The position numbers and the translations under genes were made by a program. Below the pieces are notes generated by a model. The model ran no database searches and was not told the DNA's origin. It saw only the letters and a program-made list of their open reading frames with translations. Positions 62,346-64,000 of a stretch of 64,000 nt of DNA are shown here, piece after piece. The stretch spans positions 2,598-66,597 of the forward strand of contig JAHDKI010000030.1 in NCBI GenBank assembly GCA_018436925.1, read 5' to 3'. Positions within the stretch are counted from its first letter, which is position 1, and the number at the start of each line of letters is the position of its first letter. This DNA is from Syntrophaceae bacterium (lineage in GTDB: Bacteria; Desulfobacterota; Syntrophia; Syntrophales; Smithellaceae).

Positions 62346-62729
62346 ATGAAGAGACATCGATCGCTTATCCGTGCCGCCTGTTTCATCGCGCTGGGGATTG
62401 CCGCCGGCGTGCTGGCCGCCGCTTCGCCGGCCCAGGCCGATCCCCCGCAAGAGGTTGCCCTGTCTTATGACAACGCCGCCCAGGTATTAACCGTCAGCGT
62501 CACGCACAAAACGCTTTTTTCCGGCCTGCATTATGTCAAGCGGATCGACATCAAGAAGAACGGCGCGCCGGCCGGCACTTTCGATTTTAAATCCCAGCCT
62601 GATAAAAAGACGTTCAGCCAGTCCTGGCCGATTGAGGCCAAAGCGGGAGATACTCTGACTGTCACGGCGGAATGCAACCTTCAGGGAAATACAACCGCCA
62701 CGCTGGTCGTCGGAGCCCCCCCGAAATGA
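62346..62729 (+). CDS. Small secreted protein, paralog 2, desulfoferrodoxin Fe-binding-domain-like (tentative)
   Basis: GGGAGA RBS. Signal peptide ends in AQA-DP. VSVTHKTLFSGLHYVKRIDIKKNG ... VTAECNLQGN is collinear with paralog 1 and with the SOR domain (CNLHG becomes CNLQG). Confidence 0.6.
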   Translation: MKRHRSLIRAACFIALGIAAGVLAAASPAQADPPQEVALSYDNAAQVLTVSVTHKTLFSGLHYVKRIDIKKNGAPAGTFDFKSQPDKKTFSQSWPIEAKAGDTLTVTAECNLQGNTTATLVVGAPPK

Positions 62730-62845
62730 CGTCTTCCTGTCCGCGTCAGATCCCGCCGAAGGTCCTGCATCGCTCCGGCTGCGCCCGCCCAACCCCGGAG
62801 AACACGCGCGGGTCTGGCGGGAGGATCCTCTTTTCGTTCTGAATC

Positions 62846-64000
62846 ATGCAACACATCGCCGATCAAACATTCGATATCCTCATTGAAGGCGGCACGGCTC
62901 TAACCCTGTCGCAGAACCGGGAAATCATCGAGGACGCCGTGATCGGCATTGCCGGCGGATGGATCGGCTTCATTTCTGACAAAAACGATCCGGTCTGCCG
63001 CGGACTTAAAGCGAAAGAGCGGATCCAGGCCGATCGGTGTCTGGTCATGCCCGGCCTGATCAACACCCACACACACCTGCCGATGGTTTGTTTCCGCGGC
63101 ATGGCCGATGATCTGCCGTTGATGGATTGGCTGACGAAACACATCTTTCCGGCGGAAGCAAAGTACGCAACCAAACAGATGGTTCATGACGGCGCCCTGC
63201 TGGCCATGGCCGAGATGATTCTGTCGGGCACCACCACTTTCTGCGACGGCTATTTTTTTGAAAACCAGGTGGCTCAAGCCGCTCTGGACTGCGGCCTGCG
63301 TGCGGTCGTTTGCCAGGGCTTCGCCGATTTCGCCACGCCTGACCCCTCCGATTTCAAAAAGATGATGGCGGCCGCGTCAAGATTCGTCGCACGCTGGCAA
63401 TCTCACTCGCCTTTGATCACGCCGGCGTTTTTCTGCCACTCTCCCTATACCTGTTCGCCGGAAACGCTCGTCAATGTGAAAGAAGCGGCCCGGGAAGCCG
63501 GCATCCTCTACTTGATTCATCTTCTGGAAAACAGCGACGAAAGCGGCATGATTGAAAAAAAATACGGCAAGACGCCTGTGGCGCATCTGCTGGATCTCGG
63601 CGTTTTGGATGAGACGACCGTTGCCGTCCACTGCAACTGGCTGACTGACGGCGATATCGACGTCTTTGCGGATCTGGGCGTCGGCGTCTCTCATAACCCG
63701 CGCAGTTCCATGAAACTGGCGGCCGGAATTGCTCCCGTTCCCCGGATGATCGACAAAGGCCTTGAGGTCGGTCTGGGAACGGACGGCGCCGCCAGCAACA
63801 ACAACCTGGACATGTTCACGGAAATGGATTCCTGCGCAAAGATACACAAAGTCGCCGCGCTCAATCCCGCCGTCATGGACGCACGATCCGTCGTGCAAAC
63901 GGCCACGATCGGCGGAGCGCGCCTTTTAGGCTTGGGAAAGGTGGTCGGTTCACTGGAGGCGGGTAAGCAAGCCGACATCATCATTGTGGATATGGATCAG
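62846..64000 (+). CDS. mtaD: 5-methylthioadenosine/S-adenosylhomocysteine deaminase-like amidohydrolase (3' end beyond the window)
   Basis: This ORF is not in the supplied track because it has no stop inside the window. My translation from ATG 62846 gives MQHIADQTFDILIEGG...VMPGLINTHTHLPMVCFRGMADDLPLMDWL...HLLEN...GTDGAASNNNLDMF...GSLEAGKQADIIIVD, which are the MtaD/amidohydrolase metal-binding blocks. Confidence 0.85.
   Translation, partial: MQHIADQTFDILIEGGTALTLSQNREIIEDAVIGIAGGWIGFISDKNDPVCRGLKAKERIQADRCLVMPGLINTHTHLPMVCFRGMADDLPLMDWLTKHIFPAEAKYATKQMVHDGALLAMAEMILSGTTTFCDGYFFENQVAQAALDCGLRAVVCQGFADFATPDPSDFKKMMAAASRFVARWQSHSPLITPAFFCHSPYTCSPETLVNVKEAAREAGILYLIHLLENSDESGMIEKKYGKTPVAHLLDLGVLDETTVAVHCNWLTDGDIDVFADLGVGVSHNPRSSMKLAAGIAPVPRMIDKGLEVGLGTDGAASNNNLDMFTEMDSCAKIHKVAALNPAVMDARSVVQTATIGGARLLGLGKVVGSLEAGKQADIIIVDMDQ

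Overview
This is a GC-rich, densely coded 64-kb bacterial chromosomal segment with about 55 supportable CDS on both strands. I found no rRNA or tRNA genes, no CRISPR array, and no transposase, integrase or prophage signal, so it reads as core chromosome rather than a mobile island. The gene content suggests an anaerobic or microaerotolerant Desulfobacterota-like (deltaproteobacterial) organism, which is inference only. That content includes a 6-gene Mrp antiporter with fused A/B subunit, an iron-sulfur flavoprotein, a bacteriohemerythrin, cytochrome bd, a PEP-CTERM protein, many PAS/AHDFNN-type hybrid histidine kinases, carD-yacL-ispDF-gltX, and pcm-nlpD. Blocks from left to right: a metallophosphoesterase (cut by the window edge), ISF, and an envelope cluster (lipoprotein, OMP barrel, LRR/C92 giant secreted protein plus a secreted partner). 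Next come an M29 aminopeptidase, mrpA-G, an M14 peptidase, gltX-ispDF-yacL-carD, a radical SAM gene, nlpD-pcm, a phosphoglycerate mutase and a macro-domain gene. These are followed by two hybrid kinase loci, DUF721, a tRNA methyltransferase, a tetR-tolC-MFP-RND-PII-like efflux operon, an HDOD operon, hemerythrin, tex and a 9-PAS hybrid kinase. The right end holds a pilT operon with a degenerate multidomain regulator, NUDIX, an RHH-PilZ gene, a PEP-CTERM protein, cydAB, a Zn-ribbon/DUF2231 gene with two small secreted SOR-like paralogs, and mtaD (cut by the window edge). The most interesting observations are these. (1) The iPGM gene is a clean circular permutation of the canonical enzyme with all catalytic residues retained. 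(2) A Zn-ribbon/DUF2231 membrane protein with two periplasmic desulfoferrodoxin-domain-like paralogs lies divergent from cydAB. (3) pilT sits in an operon with a GspE_N/pseudo-receiver/DUF4388 protein and an internally duplicated small protein. (4) There is an RHH-PilZ fusion. (5) A textbook intrinsic terminator runs directly into the ispDF ribosome-binding site. All functional calls come from motif recognition by eye and memory of the protein families; no database search was run.
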